39,261 nucleotides of DNA, from the IMG/VR virus record IMGVR_UViG_3300022670_000245, positions 1 to 39,261 of that record. The stretch is one strand, 5' to 3'. This DNA comes from a virus. This document shows, one piece after another, positions 7,504 to 16,584 of the stretch. Within the stretch, counting starts at the first letter, position 1, and the number at the start of each line of letters is the position of its first letter. Under the pieces are notes generated by a model that saw only the letters and a program-made list of their open reading frames with translations, did no database searches and was not told where the DNA came from. Made by a program: the position numbers and the translations under genes.

Positions 7504-8723
7504 TGATAGAACTATTCAAGCACCAAGATGAATTTCTATATTCCGATGTAAGGCATACGGGAATCGTTGCCGGGTTTGGAAGCGGCAAGAGTTTTGTCGG
7601 CATGCTTAAGGCGGTATCAAAGAAAATGTCGTACCCTGGTATAAACGTTGCTTACTACTTACCGACTTACGGACTTATAGAAGATATTGCATATCCCGGA
7701 ATATCCGACGTTCTTGACGCTCACAATGTCCCATACACTTTAAACAAGTCGTTACACAATTTTATAACCCCCTTTGGAAAGATAATAATGAGGTCGTTAC
7801 AAGACCCGTCCAGGATAATAGGATATGAAGTGGGATATTCGGTAATAGACGAGGCCGACATACTGCCCACAGATAAAATGTGGGACGTATTCAGAAAAGC
7901 ATTGGCAAGAAACAGGAAGAAATTACCAGACGGAAAAGTAAACAGCCTTGACTTTGTATCTACCCCAGAGGGATTTAAATTCTTATATCAGTTCTTTGTC
8001 AAAAAAAGAAGCGATAAGAAACTTCTAATAAACGCCAGAACCGAGGACAACGATACTTTACCCGATGATTACATTGAGGGAATGATGGACAGCTATACAC
8101 CTGAACAGATAGAAGCATATTTAAACGGGCAATTTGTCAACCTCACCACCGGAACCGTATACAGAAACTACGACAGGATATTGAACCACAGCGATAGGGA
8201 GATAAGAAAAGGCGAGGTATTACATATCGGGATGGATTTCAACATTACCAATATGAACGCTGTTGTGCATGTGATAGATAATGCCAAGCCTATTGCGGTG
8301 GAAGAAATAACAAGCGCATATGATACTGCTGAAATGGCTGGACTTATAAAGGATAAGTATCCAGGTCATGGAATAGTAATATATCCAGATGCAAGTGGAA
8401 AGAACAGGAGCACAAGCGGCAAGAGCGACATCCAGATATTGAGGGCCGCAGGATTTACGGTAAAGACATTGAACAAGAACCCATTTGTAAAGGATAGGGT
8501 AAATGCTATGAACTTGGCCCTATTGAACAATAAAGGAGAAAGAAAGTATCTAATCAACGGCAATAACTGTCCGGTCTATACGGAGGCATTGGAACAACAG
8601 GTTTATAAGAATGGAGTGCCCGACAAGAAATCCGGATTCGACCATGTATGTGAGGCAGGGGGATATTTCATCTTCCAAAAGACAAAACAATTTAGGGGCT
8701 ATAACCCTATGAAAGCTAGATGA
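7503..8723 (+). CDS. terL: Terminase large subunit
   Basis: Walker A GFGSGKS, Walker B VIDEAD, and C-terminal nuclease-like HIGMDFN / IVIYPDASG. Confidence 0.9.
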   Translation: MIELFKHQDEFLYSDVRHTGIVAGFGSGKSFVGMLKAVSKKMSYPGINVAYYLPTYGLIEDIAYPGISDVLDAHNVPYTLNKSLHNFITPFGKIIMRSLQDPSRIIGYEVGYSVIDEADILPTDKMWDVFRKALARNRKKLPDGKVNSLDFVSTPEGFKFLYQFFVKKRSDKKLLINARTEDNDTLPDDYIEGMMDSYTPEQIEAYLNGQFVNLTTGTVYRNYDRILNHSDREIRKGEVLHIGMDFNITNMNAVVHVIDNAKPIAVEEITSAYDTAEMAGLIKDKYPGHGIVIYPDASGKNRSTSGKSDIQILRAAGFTVKTLNKNPFVKDRVNAMNLALLNNKGERKYLINGNNCPVYTEALEQQVYKNGVPDKKSGFDHVCEAGGYFIFQKTKQFRGYNPMKAR

Positions 8724-8724
8724 T

Positions 8725-8871
8725 ATGAAACAACGCTTGGTATTTATTACGCTCGTAATGTTAGTAGCACTATTTATTCCTAAAATTGAGTATATTCATT
8801 CGCTTAGTTTTTTATGTGGATATTATGTTCCCGAAACACTTCTTTATATACACAATAAACTTTTTAAATGA
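8725..8871 (+). CDS. Possible small hydrophobic ORF (48 aa)
   Basis: MKQRLVFITLVMLVALFIPK... ATGA overlap with the next gene. Translated by hand. Confidence 0.3.
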   Translation: MKQRLVFITLVMLVALFIPKIEYIHSLSFLCGYYVPETLLYIHNKLFK

Positions 8872-9422
8872 CAATCGATAATATATGCATAGCGGAATAT
8901 TTTTCATTGGAAGATACAGAAAAGTACGATATCTATATAGACCATATCGCACCGGAAAATCTATTGTGCGGGCGAAAATGCAATACGGCAAACCTTACTT
9001 TTGATGAGGTACAAGTGGCTAGGTCTATATTGGCCAATCCCAATGCCAATGATTTGATGGAGCTTTATATAATGCTGTTCAGGATAAAGGGAAGCATGCA
9101 AATGTCTGAACAAGAAATGTTTTTAAGGGAAAGCGTGTTCCAATTGTTCAGGGCCGCAAGATTCATAAGGGAATATATTGAAGGGGTCAACAAAAAAGAA
9201 ACAGAATGGTTGGGAGGTAATGAAAATGGTATATTAACTATGCTAGATGCAGGGAAAAGACTGGCCCCGTTCAGTCATTTATTAAAGAAAATGGACATCG
9301 CACAGATGTTTGCAAGGACGCCTAGTGAGATAGGCAGGTGGAAATATTCAACGATTTTTAGTATCTTAGCATCGACACAAGTACGGGCAGACATTCAAAA
9401 AGAATACAACGAAATAAAATAA
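8868..9422 (+). CDS. Hypothetical protein (184 aa), morphogenesis region
   Basis: Track ORF directly after terL. No portal-like features seen. Confidence 0.6.
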   Translation: MTIDNICIAEYFSLEDTEKYDIYIDHIAPENLLCGRKCNTANLTFDEVQVARSILANPNANDLMELYIMLFRIKGSMQMSEQEMFLRESVFQLFRAARFIREYIEGVNKKETEWLGGNENGILTMLDAGKRLAPFSHLLKKMDIAQMFARTPSEIGRWKYSTIFSILASTQVRADIQKEYNEIK

Positions 9423-9423
9423 C

Positions 9424-9720
9424 ATGGCTAGAATTCACGTAGGACAAACAGAACTGACCATCGTTAGGACGGTCGGCGTAGATATAACTGGTGCCACCCC
9501 TGTACTGATAAAATTTCTAAAACCGTCCTTGGAGGAAGGGGAATTTACGGGAGCAATCACTAATGCTGCAACAGGCGAGATAACTGCCACTATCACAAAC
9601 GTAACGGATATAGACCAATATGGTACGTGGAACGTATGGGCGCATGCCGTTTTAAGTGATTCACATATCATAGCAGGGGAAGCCAGTAGGATGGTCGTAT
9701 TTAAAGAGGGTGAACTATAA
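9424..9720 (+). CDS. Small beta-rich (Ig-like?) virion-module protein (98 aa)
   Basis: T/G/V-rich strands: VGVDITGATPVLIKF...GEITATITNVTD...GTWNVWAH. Confidence 0.6.
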   Translation: MARIHVGQTELTIVRTVGVDITGATPVLIKFLKPSLEEGEFTGAITNAATGEITATITNVTDIDQYGTWNVWAHAVLSDSHIIAGEASRMVVFKEGEL

Positions 9721-10163
9721 TGGATATAGTTGAATTTATACAGACAGAGGTCGAAAAATTGGGGTGGATATTCAGCTATGGGAATGCCGCCAATCAAAAC
9801 TTATTAGAAAGCACCAAGGAAATCGAAGAGATATATTTCTTGTTAGACCCTGTTGAATCCAATGAAGTTGATACAAGTGAGTTTGGAGGGGACGGTGATA
9901 TTTCCCATACGCTTAGATTTATGTTATTGGTTCAATCCGACCTGGACAATGTGTACCACGAACAGAAGGAAGTGGAGATAGGCAAAGGAAAGTACGACAA
10001 GAACATACTCCCATTGAAAACACAATTGAAACTTTTTAAGGACGCGATAGACTGCTCTAGGTTTGAGCGGACAGGGTGGAGAAGATTGGATGCCATAAAT
10101 ATGTTGGCGACCAATTTAGATGGGCTGATAGTTAATACAGTGCTTAAAGAAAATACGATATGA
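9720..10163 (+). CDS. Hypothetical virion-module protein (147 aa)
   Basis: Track ORF, TAATG overlap upstream. Confidence 0.6.
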   Translation: MDIVEFIQTEVEKLGWIFSYGNAANQNLLESTKEIEEIYFLLDPVESNEVDTSEFGGDGDISHTLRFMLLVQSDLDNVYHEQKEVEIGKGKYDKNILPLKTQLKLFKDAIDCSRFERTGWRRLDAINMLATNLDGLIVNTVLKENTI

Positions 10164-10315
10164 AAATTACAATGTGCAATTGGTATTTAAACAATGGGTT
10201 TACTTTTGGTTTTTATAAAAATTCCTATACTCTTTCTACCGGAATTGAAACAGGTTATGCCGTTAGTCTTGGGTGGTGGATTTTAGATTTTACCGTACTT
10301 CGTAAAAATAGATAA
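10160..10315 (+). CDS. Possible small ORF (51 aa)
   Basis: ATGA overlap upstream, TAATG overlap downstream. MKITMCNWYLNNGFTFGFYKNSY... Confidence 0.3.
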   Translation: MKITMCNWYLNNGFTFGFYKNSYTLSTGIETGYAVSLGWWILDFTVLRKNR

Positions 10316-10785
10316 TGGCAAGTACCTCTCAAATATTCGCAGAAGAGTTCGAGTCATTACGGGTAGACCTTGTAAAGAAATATGACGAACTTGGAATGAG
10401 GGCCAGCGGTAAATGGGCAGAAAGCACAGAGGTAGAATCGGGGGAGTTCTTTGGACGTGTTATAGGCGCACCATATACGGAGCAATTGGAAGAAGGAAGG
10501 AAGCCTGGGAAGTTCCCGCCAATACAAGCCATTGAACAATGGATAATAGACAAAGGGATAGTCGGCCAGATAGAAGGGGAAATAAGCGTTAGCAGTCTTG
10601 CGTTTTTAATTGCAAGGAAGATATCCAGAGAAGGATGGAAGCGGGAAGAGCACGGAGGGGTAGACCTTGTGACCTTAGTTGTAACGCCCAAACGAATACA
10701 AAGCATAATAGATAAATTAGGGGATAGTCTGATAATGGATTTTACCTCTGAATTTATAACAGAACTTAAAACTATAAAAATATAA
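10315..10785 (+). CDS. Hypothetical virion-module protein (156 aa)
   Basis: Track ORF. GRKPGKFPPIQAIEQWIIDKG is reminiscent of head-tail/neck proteins, but I did not assign it. Confidence 0.6.
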   Translation: MASTSQIFAEEFESLRVDLVKKYDELGMRASGKWAESTEVESGEFFGRVIGAPYTEQLEEGRKPGKFPPIQAIEQWIIDKGIVGQIEGEISVSSLAFLIARKISREGWKREEHGGVDLVTLVVTPKRIQSIIDKLGDSLIMDFTSEFITELKTIKI

Positions 10786-12032
10786 TGGCCTTTCCAAGCA
10801 TAGAAATGTTTCCAAGTGCGTACAAAGCCACAAAATTATATTCCCAATTGCCCACAGATGGTATCGGGGATTTTACATTTGCGAGAAGTACAACGGCCAC
10901 AAGGACAAACCCAAACAAGCTGATTGAAACAGTTGCAATAGATATACCCAGATTGGATTACCTTGATGATATCTGCCCTGTTTTTTTGATGGAGCCACAA
11001 AGGACAAACTTGGCGTTAAGGAGCGAAGAGTTCGATGTTTCGCCATGGAGCATAGTTGGTGCCAGGTCTGTAGTGACCGCAAATACAAATACATCACCCG
11101 ACGGAAACGTGACCGGTGACAACATGAAAGTTATTATAGGTTCTGTAGAAAATAGAATATTTCAAACAGTCGCCACAGTTTCTGGCGCGACTATCACAAT
11201 GACGGTCTATTTAAAAAGGGGCAACAATGATTGGATACATTTTATCAATTTTGACGGGGCGAACGGTACAAGACAATGGTTTAACATAAATACCGTGTCA
11301 GTGGGCGGGACAACCACGTTCGGAGCTGGATGGTCTACATCAAACGCCACTATAAAAGATGTTGGTAATGGGTGGAGGAAATTAACGCAAACAGTAATAA
11401 GAACCGGAACATCGATAACAAGCGGGATATCTATCTCGGATGCGGACATAGACACCAATGGAACTATAGACAGAACGACGATTGTATGGGGCGCTCAATT
11501 AGAGAGTTCGTCTTTCCCAACATCATATATCAAAACAACAAACCTAACATTGACAAGAACCATTGATACGGCCACAGGGAGCGGCGACACCAATACGTTC
11601 AATTCGGAAGAAGGCATCCTTTATTTATATATGGCCGCATTGTCCGCCGGCGCAACATTCAGAACTGTTTCTATAACCGACGGCACCACCTCGAATGTAA
11701 TATTTATCCGATATGACGATACGGCCAATCAAGTTACGGCCCTTCTTATATTGGGGGGCGTTACACAAGCATCCATTTCTTTTGCCTTAACGGACGCAAC
11801 GGATTTTAACAAATTTGCATTTAAATGGAAGGTCAACGATTTTGCTTTTTGGGTCAATGGCGTAGAAGTGGGCACTGATGTTTCAGGGAGCATATTTGCT
11901 ACGGATACATTGACCCAGCTTAGATTTGATGGAGGGGCTGGAGCACAGGATTATTTTGGCAAGATAAAAGAACTCCAAGTATATAAAACGGCATTGACCG
12001 ATTCAGAACTACAAACCTTAACGACATTGTAA
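10785..12032 (+). CDS. Tail-fibre-like structural protein with C-terminal LamG/concanavalin-like domain
   Basis: The N-terminal pattern FARSTTATRTNPNKLIETV..DIPRLDY...LMEPQRTNLALRSEEF..W...SPDG is common in marine phage fibres. The C-terminus is FDGGAGAQDYFGKIKELQVYKTALTDSELQTL (LamG-type ending). Confidence 0.55.
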   Translation: MAFPSIEMFPSAYKATKLYSQLPTDGIGDFTFARSTTATRTNPNKLIETVAIDIPRLDYLDDICPVFLMEPQRTNLALRSEEFDVSPWSIVGARSVVTANTNTSPDGNVTGDNMKVIIGSVENRIFQTVATVSGATITMTVYLKRGNNDWIHFINFDGANGTRQWFNINTVSVGGTTTFGAGWSTSNATIKDVGNGWRKLTQTVIRTGTSITSGISISDADIDTNGTIDRTTIVWGAQLESSSFPTSYIKTTNLTLTRTIDTATGSGDTNTFNSEEGILYLYMAALSAGATFRTVSITDGTTSNVIFIRYDDTANQVTALLILGGVTQASISFALTDATDFNKFAFKWKVNDFAFWVNGVEVGTDVSGSIFATDTLTQLRFDGGAGAQDYFGKIKELQVYKTALTDSELQTLTTL

Positions 12033-12358
12033 TGAAGATGTTCAAGAAATATGAGTTCGATTCAGAGCAACATGCACAAACGTTTATAGATGCGCTGGGT
12101 ACGCAAACGGTAGATGGGGTTGATTATCCGACACACAGCAACGACATAGTTAAGATGGGCCATTTAATAACGGCAAAGGGAACATATGACCAAGACGGCA
12201 ATGAATTGACCGCACCCGTTATATCGGCCATGTTCAGCGTGGACGTAATCTGGCACGACAAAAAGGACAAGGATTGGAAAGACCACAGGATTAAATTGAA
12301 CGGAAAAGAGAACTCTCACACTTTTATGGGATGGGAATATTCGGATAACACAATATGA
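12032..12358 (+). CDS. Hypothetical virion-module protein (108 aa)
   Basis: Track ORF, TAATG overlap upstream. Confidence 0.6.
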   Translation: MKMFKKYEFDSEQHAQTFIDALGTQTVDGVDYPTHSNDIVKMGHLITAKGTYDQDGNELTAPVISAMFSVDVIWHDKKDKDWKDHRIKLNGKENSHTFMGWEYSDNTI

Positions 12359-12359
12359 A

Positions 12360-13487
12360 ATGGCAGTAACATTTTCAAAAGAGATAAGCGTCACAGAACT
12401 ATTGAACACATATAATAATAATGTGGTCGAGTTTACATCCGATGCCATACCGGGAGGAGAAACGATAAGCAAGGCCACTATAGATATAGGGGGATTGCTT
12501 CCTTTCGAGATAACCCCTATCAACGATGTGTTCCGGTGGAATTTCAAAGAGACCGTAAGCGTTCTTTTGAACAATAACTTTGATGATGATGTCATTGCGG
12601 ATGCAGATATAAAGGCAGATACAAGTCTGATAAGTAGTTTCATTACAACATACACTATCACTTTTTCAGATGATACAACGGATGTAATTGTAAAGACATA
12701 TGTGTTTGTTAAATCAGTGGAACAGATTGCAAATGTAAGTACAAGGCTATTGACGCAGCAACAGATATTAACGCCCAAAGAATTGACTTTCTTTAAAGGA
12801 TTTCCGTTTGATATAGGGCATTACTCTGATGGCAACGTTACTATTTTTAATAATAAGTTAGAAGTTAACAATGTATTGACCGAAACGGCCACCGATACTT
12901 TTAGACTTTTTCTTTTAAACAAACGGAGCCAATTCAGAAACAGAGTGATACCGGACGGGGGCATTTATGAGGAAAACATATGTTGGCTGGAAGGATTCAA
13001 TTATGAATTGTTGGAAGAGGGATTCAATACTTTGGACATCCAAGGAACCACCTCAGAAACATTGACCATTAATTTAAAGGATATATGTTCCGGGACATAT
13101 CTGAAATGGTTCAATAGGGGTGGAGCTTGGACTTATTGGCTATTTAACCCCATCTATAAGGAATCAACAAAAACAAAAACATTCGATACTTTCAATGTTG
13201 ATTTCGAGAGTATAGGGGATACATTTAAAACAGAACTTATTACTGGCAAGGATTCAGATTTGACACGGAACTTGATGTACGAGAATCTTACAGAAGCGGA
13301 AAGATTGCAGATAAATAGTCTTTTTAGTTCTCCAAGGGTGGAAATGTATAACGGGGAACAGGGAGAGATATTGAGCACATGGCAAGCAGTAGGGCAAATA
13401 GATGGTAGCTTTGAGACCCTGAACACTAAAAGAGGTCTTTCAAATGTCAAGTTAAAAATAAGGATAAACGATTATACCCAAGTTTAA
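12360..13487 (+). CDS. Virion structural protein, tail/baseplate region (375 aa)
   Basis: Track ORF in the block between fibre-like genes. No motif assigned. Confidence 0.65.
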   Translation: MAVTFSKEISVTELLNTYNNNVVEFTSDAIPGGETISKATIDIGGLLPFEITPINDVFRWNFKETVSVLLNNNFDDDVIADADIKADTSLISSFITTYTITFSDDTTDVIVKTYVFVKSVEQIANVSTRLLTQQQILTPKELTFFKGFPFDIGHYSDGNVTIFNNKLEVNNVLTETATDTFRLFLLNKRSQFRNRVIPDGGIYEENICWLEGFNYELLEEGFNTLDIQGTTSETLTINLKDICSGTYLKWFNRGGAWTYWLFNPIYKESTKTKTFDTFNVDFESIGDTFKTELITGKDSDLTRNLMYENLTEAERLQINSLFSSPRVEMYNGEQGEILSTWQAVGQIDGSFETLNTKRGLSNVKLKIRINDYTQV

Positions 13488-15667
13488 TGGCCGAGGAACT
13501 TTTAATAAACGATGTTAAGATTGAACTACCACAAAGGATAGTAGCAAGGACATTGCAGATAAATGATATCGGGGAGGCAGAGGACAGACAAGCCAATTAC
13601 TCAAACAATATAAAGATACCGCCCACCAAAAATAATATCAAGGCTTTTGAAATGCTGGGAATATCCGGCAACACGACAAGGTTTCCATATGAGGACATGG
13701 ACATTAAATATACAGTTGATGGAATCGAACTGATACAAGGAGGCAAGGGGATAATAAGAAGCACAAGGACATTTTACTCCCTTGTGATATATGATGGGAA
13801 TGTTTCAATGACTGATATTCTGGGCAACAAGGAATTGGGAACTTTGGACTGGTCGGCCCACAATCATACATTAACAGAAAGTATTTTCACAAGTTCGTTT
13901 TCTAAAACATCCGGATATATCTATGGTCTTGGAAGGTTCTTTGAGGGGGATTTAGCTTTTTCAACTGCGTTTTCCATAGACGTTACTTCCCCTAGTTTTT
14001 ATATCCACACCCTTATTGATATGATATTCAACCAAGAGGGATGGACGGTATCCGGTGCGTTCTTTTCGGATGTCGATTTTAAGAGCAGAACAACAACTAT
14101 GAACAACGGTTTTGAGCGAATCCTTATCGAGGTGTTGACGCAAAAATATTCACGAAACAATTCAGGCGACCCATTAGTGGACGACATATTGCCAATTGAA
14201 TTTGACAAGACCTATTTTCTGGACACCTACAACGCCGTGACACTAAAGACCCATAGGGCAAACTTTGCAGGAAGCCTTGACCTTCAGGAAGGGGTGAACC
14301 CAAGGGCGGTAGTATACATAAATGGGGTGTTCGCCAGGTCAACACCAATAGACAATCCAGCATCTTTTGACGTGGATATTGAGGTGTTCGTAGATTCTGG
14401 CGATGAAATAAAAACAGGGCTTATAATAACAGGGGAGGACATAAGCGGAACCCCAAAGATAAAGTTCCAGACAAATTTTACCACTAAGATTTCGGAGAAC
14501 GACATATCCATAGATATTGATTTTTCCTTATTGGCGGGAGAAATGAAGCGGATTGATTTCGTAAAGGACATCATGCAGCGTTTTGGGCTTATCTTTAGGA
14601 AAGTAAGGAACAAAAATGAATTTGAGTTCATACAGATAAAATCACTTTTACCGGATAGGGCAGGGGCAGAAAACTGGAGCGATAAATATTCTAATTTTGT
14701 AGAGGAAAAATACAAACCAAACTATGCCAAAACAAATATCGCAAAGTATATCTACGATGATAACGACACTAGTACGGAACAAACATTTGCCGATGGTGAA
14801 TTCCTCATAGACAATGTAAATATAAGAGAGGAAACAACATTGTTCACTTCCATTTTTAAAGCATCCGAGCTTGTGGACTCTCAATATTACGGGATAAAAC
14901 ATTGGAACTTAGAGGAAGGGATTATAGTCACAAACAATGACGGCATGAGATTGTTTAGGGCGAACAAAGTTTCGGACACTATAAAATATAAGTTCAAACT
15001 CGACTCCGGTGGCGGGGTAGATTTCACGGGAACAGTTCCCAAGTTGCAATTTTTGAGCTATCAATTTGAAATATCGGCACATTACTTGGAGTTCAAATCC
15101 ATGTTGGACGATTTTAAAATGACCTCTTTATTGTTGAACCTGTCAATTGTGGACATATATGACATGGACTTTTTCAGGCTTAAGTATTTCGACCAATTGG
15201 GAGCATATTACTATCTTAATAAAGTAGTCAATTTTAAGAAGAAGAAGAAAACAAGGGTAGAGCTTATAAAGGTGGGGAAGGATGTTGTGGACGCATTGGC
15301 CATGGTCGGCACATATGCGGGAAGCTCTGTTTATACTTCTTTGTTGGGTAAACTTGGGGCAGGGTCTATGGTCGGCACATATGCCGGAAGCACTACATAT
15401 TCAAGTACCCTTGGCCTAGACGCAATAACATCATTTAGTATGTCAACAATAGGGGATACAGAAGCGAACGTTTGTGGGCTTGGGCTTGGGTCTACCAGAT
15501 TTCACGACGGCACATTGGCACTTCCGGTTATAAATGATACTATATTCATAGATGCGTTAGGGGCTACCCCGTTCGCAGGGGGCGACCAGTTTTATAAGTC
15601 ATCTGCATCTACGCATATAAAAGTAAATAACAGCGGACTTGTGACCCAAGAAGGCACATGTCCATAA
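13487..15667 (+). CDS. Large tail-tip/baseplate-like structural protein (726 aa)
   Basis: Size and position. The C-terminus has a 22-aa tandem duplication: MVGTYAGSSVYTSLLG / MVGTYAGSTTYSSTLG. Confidence 0.7.
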   Translation: MAEELLINDVKIELPQRIVARTLQINDIGEAEDRQANYSNNIKIPPTKNNIKAFEMLGISGNTTRFPYEDMDIKYTVDGIELIQGGKGIIRSTRTFYSLVIYDGNVSMTDILGNKELGTLDWSAHNHTLTESIFTSSFSKTSGYIYGLGRFFEGDLAFSTAFSIDVTSPSFYIHTLIDMIFNQEGWTVSGAFFSDVDFKSRTTTMNNGFERILIEVLTQKYSRNNSGDPLVDDILPIEFDKTYFLDTYNAVTLKTHRANFAGSLDLQEGVNPRAVVYINGVFARSTPIDNPASFDVDIEVFVDSGDEIKTGLIITGEDISGTPKIKFQTNFTTKISENDISIDIDFSLLAGEMKRIDFVKDIMQRFGLIFRKVRNKNEFEFIQIKSLLPDRAGAENWSDKYSNFVEEKYKPNYAKTNIAKYIYDDNDTSTEQTFADGEFLIDNVNIREETTLFTSIFKASELVDSQYYGIKHWNLEEGIIVTNNDGMRLFRANKVSDTIKYKFKLDSGGGVDFTGTVPKLQFLSYQFEISAHYLEFKSMLDDFKMTSLLLNLSIVDIYDMDFFRLKYFDQLGAYYYLNKVVNFKKKKKTRVELIKVGKDVVDALAMVGTYAGSSVYTSLLGKLGAGSMVGTYAGSTTYSSTLGLDAITSFSMSTIGDTEANVCGLGLGSTRFHDGTLALPVINDTIFIDALGATPFAGGDQFYKSSASTHIKVNNSGLVTQEGTCP
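15302..15433 (+). repeat. Two tandem 66-bp units inside the 726-aa gene
   Basis: atggtcggcacatatgcgggaagc at 15302 and atggtcggcacatatgccggaagc at 15368 match 23/24. The rest of the units has diverged. Confidence 0.7.
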
Positions 15668-15679
15668 ATAATAAAAAAA

Positions 15680-16111
15680 ATGAGCAAATCTAATTTACAG
15701 GAAACGGCATATTTGAAATTAATATTTCAAAACGTAGCAATGGCCAACATAGGGGATGCGGCCGGAATTCAGCCTAGTGCCGTGGCCGGAAGTTTATTCA
15801 TAGCTTTGTACAGCGCAGACCCAGGGGAAACGGATGTGGGAACCGAATTGACGTACACGGGATACGCAAGGGTAGCAGTGGCAAGAAGCGTAGTTGGGTT
15901 TACGGTTAGCGGAAACGAGGCTAGTAACGCAGCGCAAGTGTTGTTTCCGTTGAATAGCGGGTCAACGCAAACCGCTAATTTTTTTGCAGTAAGAACAGCG
16001 TCTAGCGGAGGTGATTTAGTGGGGTCGGGAGTGGTGTCTCCGTCCTTGACCGTAGATAACGGGGATACCCCAAAATATGAACCAGGAGATTTAACAGCAA
16101 CAGAGGACTAA
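15680..16111 (+). CDS. Hypothetical virion protein (143 aa)
   Basis: Track ORF. ...LFIALYSADPGETDVGTELTYTGYARVAVA... recalls a widespread phage structural family that I cannot name. Confidence 0.6.
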   Translation: MSKSNLQETAYLKLIFQNVAMANIGDAAGIQPSAVAGSLFIALYSADPGETDVGTELTYTGYARVAVARSVVGFTVSGNEASNAAQVLFPLNSGSTQTANFFAVRTASSGGDLVGSGVVSPSLTVDNGDTPKYEPGDLTATED

Positions 16112-16584
16112 TGAGACTATATTTATTATTGCTTATGTTTTCCATATCATGCCAAGGGCAGGGATATTTTAAAATACCGTTCGTCAACTCAAAGAACAAC
16201 GTACCTATTGTAATGATGAAGGTTAATGATGGTTCGGGTATATTCATTATAGATACGGGGGCCACCTACAGCATAATAAATTCAAACTCTGCCAATAAAT
16301 ATGGTTTTAAGATAAAAGGATTTTATCGACATATTGGAGGGATAGGCGCAGAGAAAGTCTATTTGAGAAATACGGAAAACCTAAAGATATGGATAAGGGG
16401 CATTCCAATAAATGTAAGATTCAGGGCGATGAACCTTGACAAATTACAAGCAAGAGCCGACATAGTAGGGATATTGGGGTCGGATTGGATATTAAAAAAC
16501 AAGGTTATAATAGACTACGAGCGGAAAATCTTGTGGATAAAAATAAAGACCTATAAAAAAGCAAGGTCATGGCAGAAACGATAA
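16111..16584 (+). CDS. Retropepsin-like (clan AA) aspartic protease with N-terminal signal/lipoprotein-like peptide
   Basis: IFIIDTGATYSIIN (DTGA at 16252-16263) plus VGILGSDWILKNKVIIDY match bacterial retropepsin-like proteases. The N-terminus is MRLYLLLLMFSISCQG|QG. Confidence 0.8.
   Translation: MRLYLLLLMFSISCQGQGYFKIPFVNSKNNVPIVMMKVNDGSGIFIIDTGATYSIINSNSANKYGFKIKGFYRHIGGIGAEKVYLRNTENLKIWIRGIPINVRFRAMNLDKLQARADIVGILGSDWILKNKVIIDYERKILWIKIKTYKKARSWQKR

Noticed and set aside
12164-12778. A 204-aa minus-strand ORF, the longest antisense ORF outside the tape measure gene
   Set aside because: It lies entirely within two tightly coupled + strand virion genes (12032-12358, 12360-13487). It has no start context or motif. 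The whole late region is otherwise co-directional.
16532-16540. A perfect DnaA-box 9-mer TGTGGATAA
   Set aside because: It is a single copy inside a coding region, and one exact 9-mer match is not improbable by chance. Other sites are only 7-8/9 matches and are not clustered.
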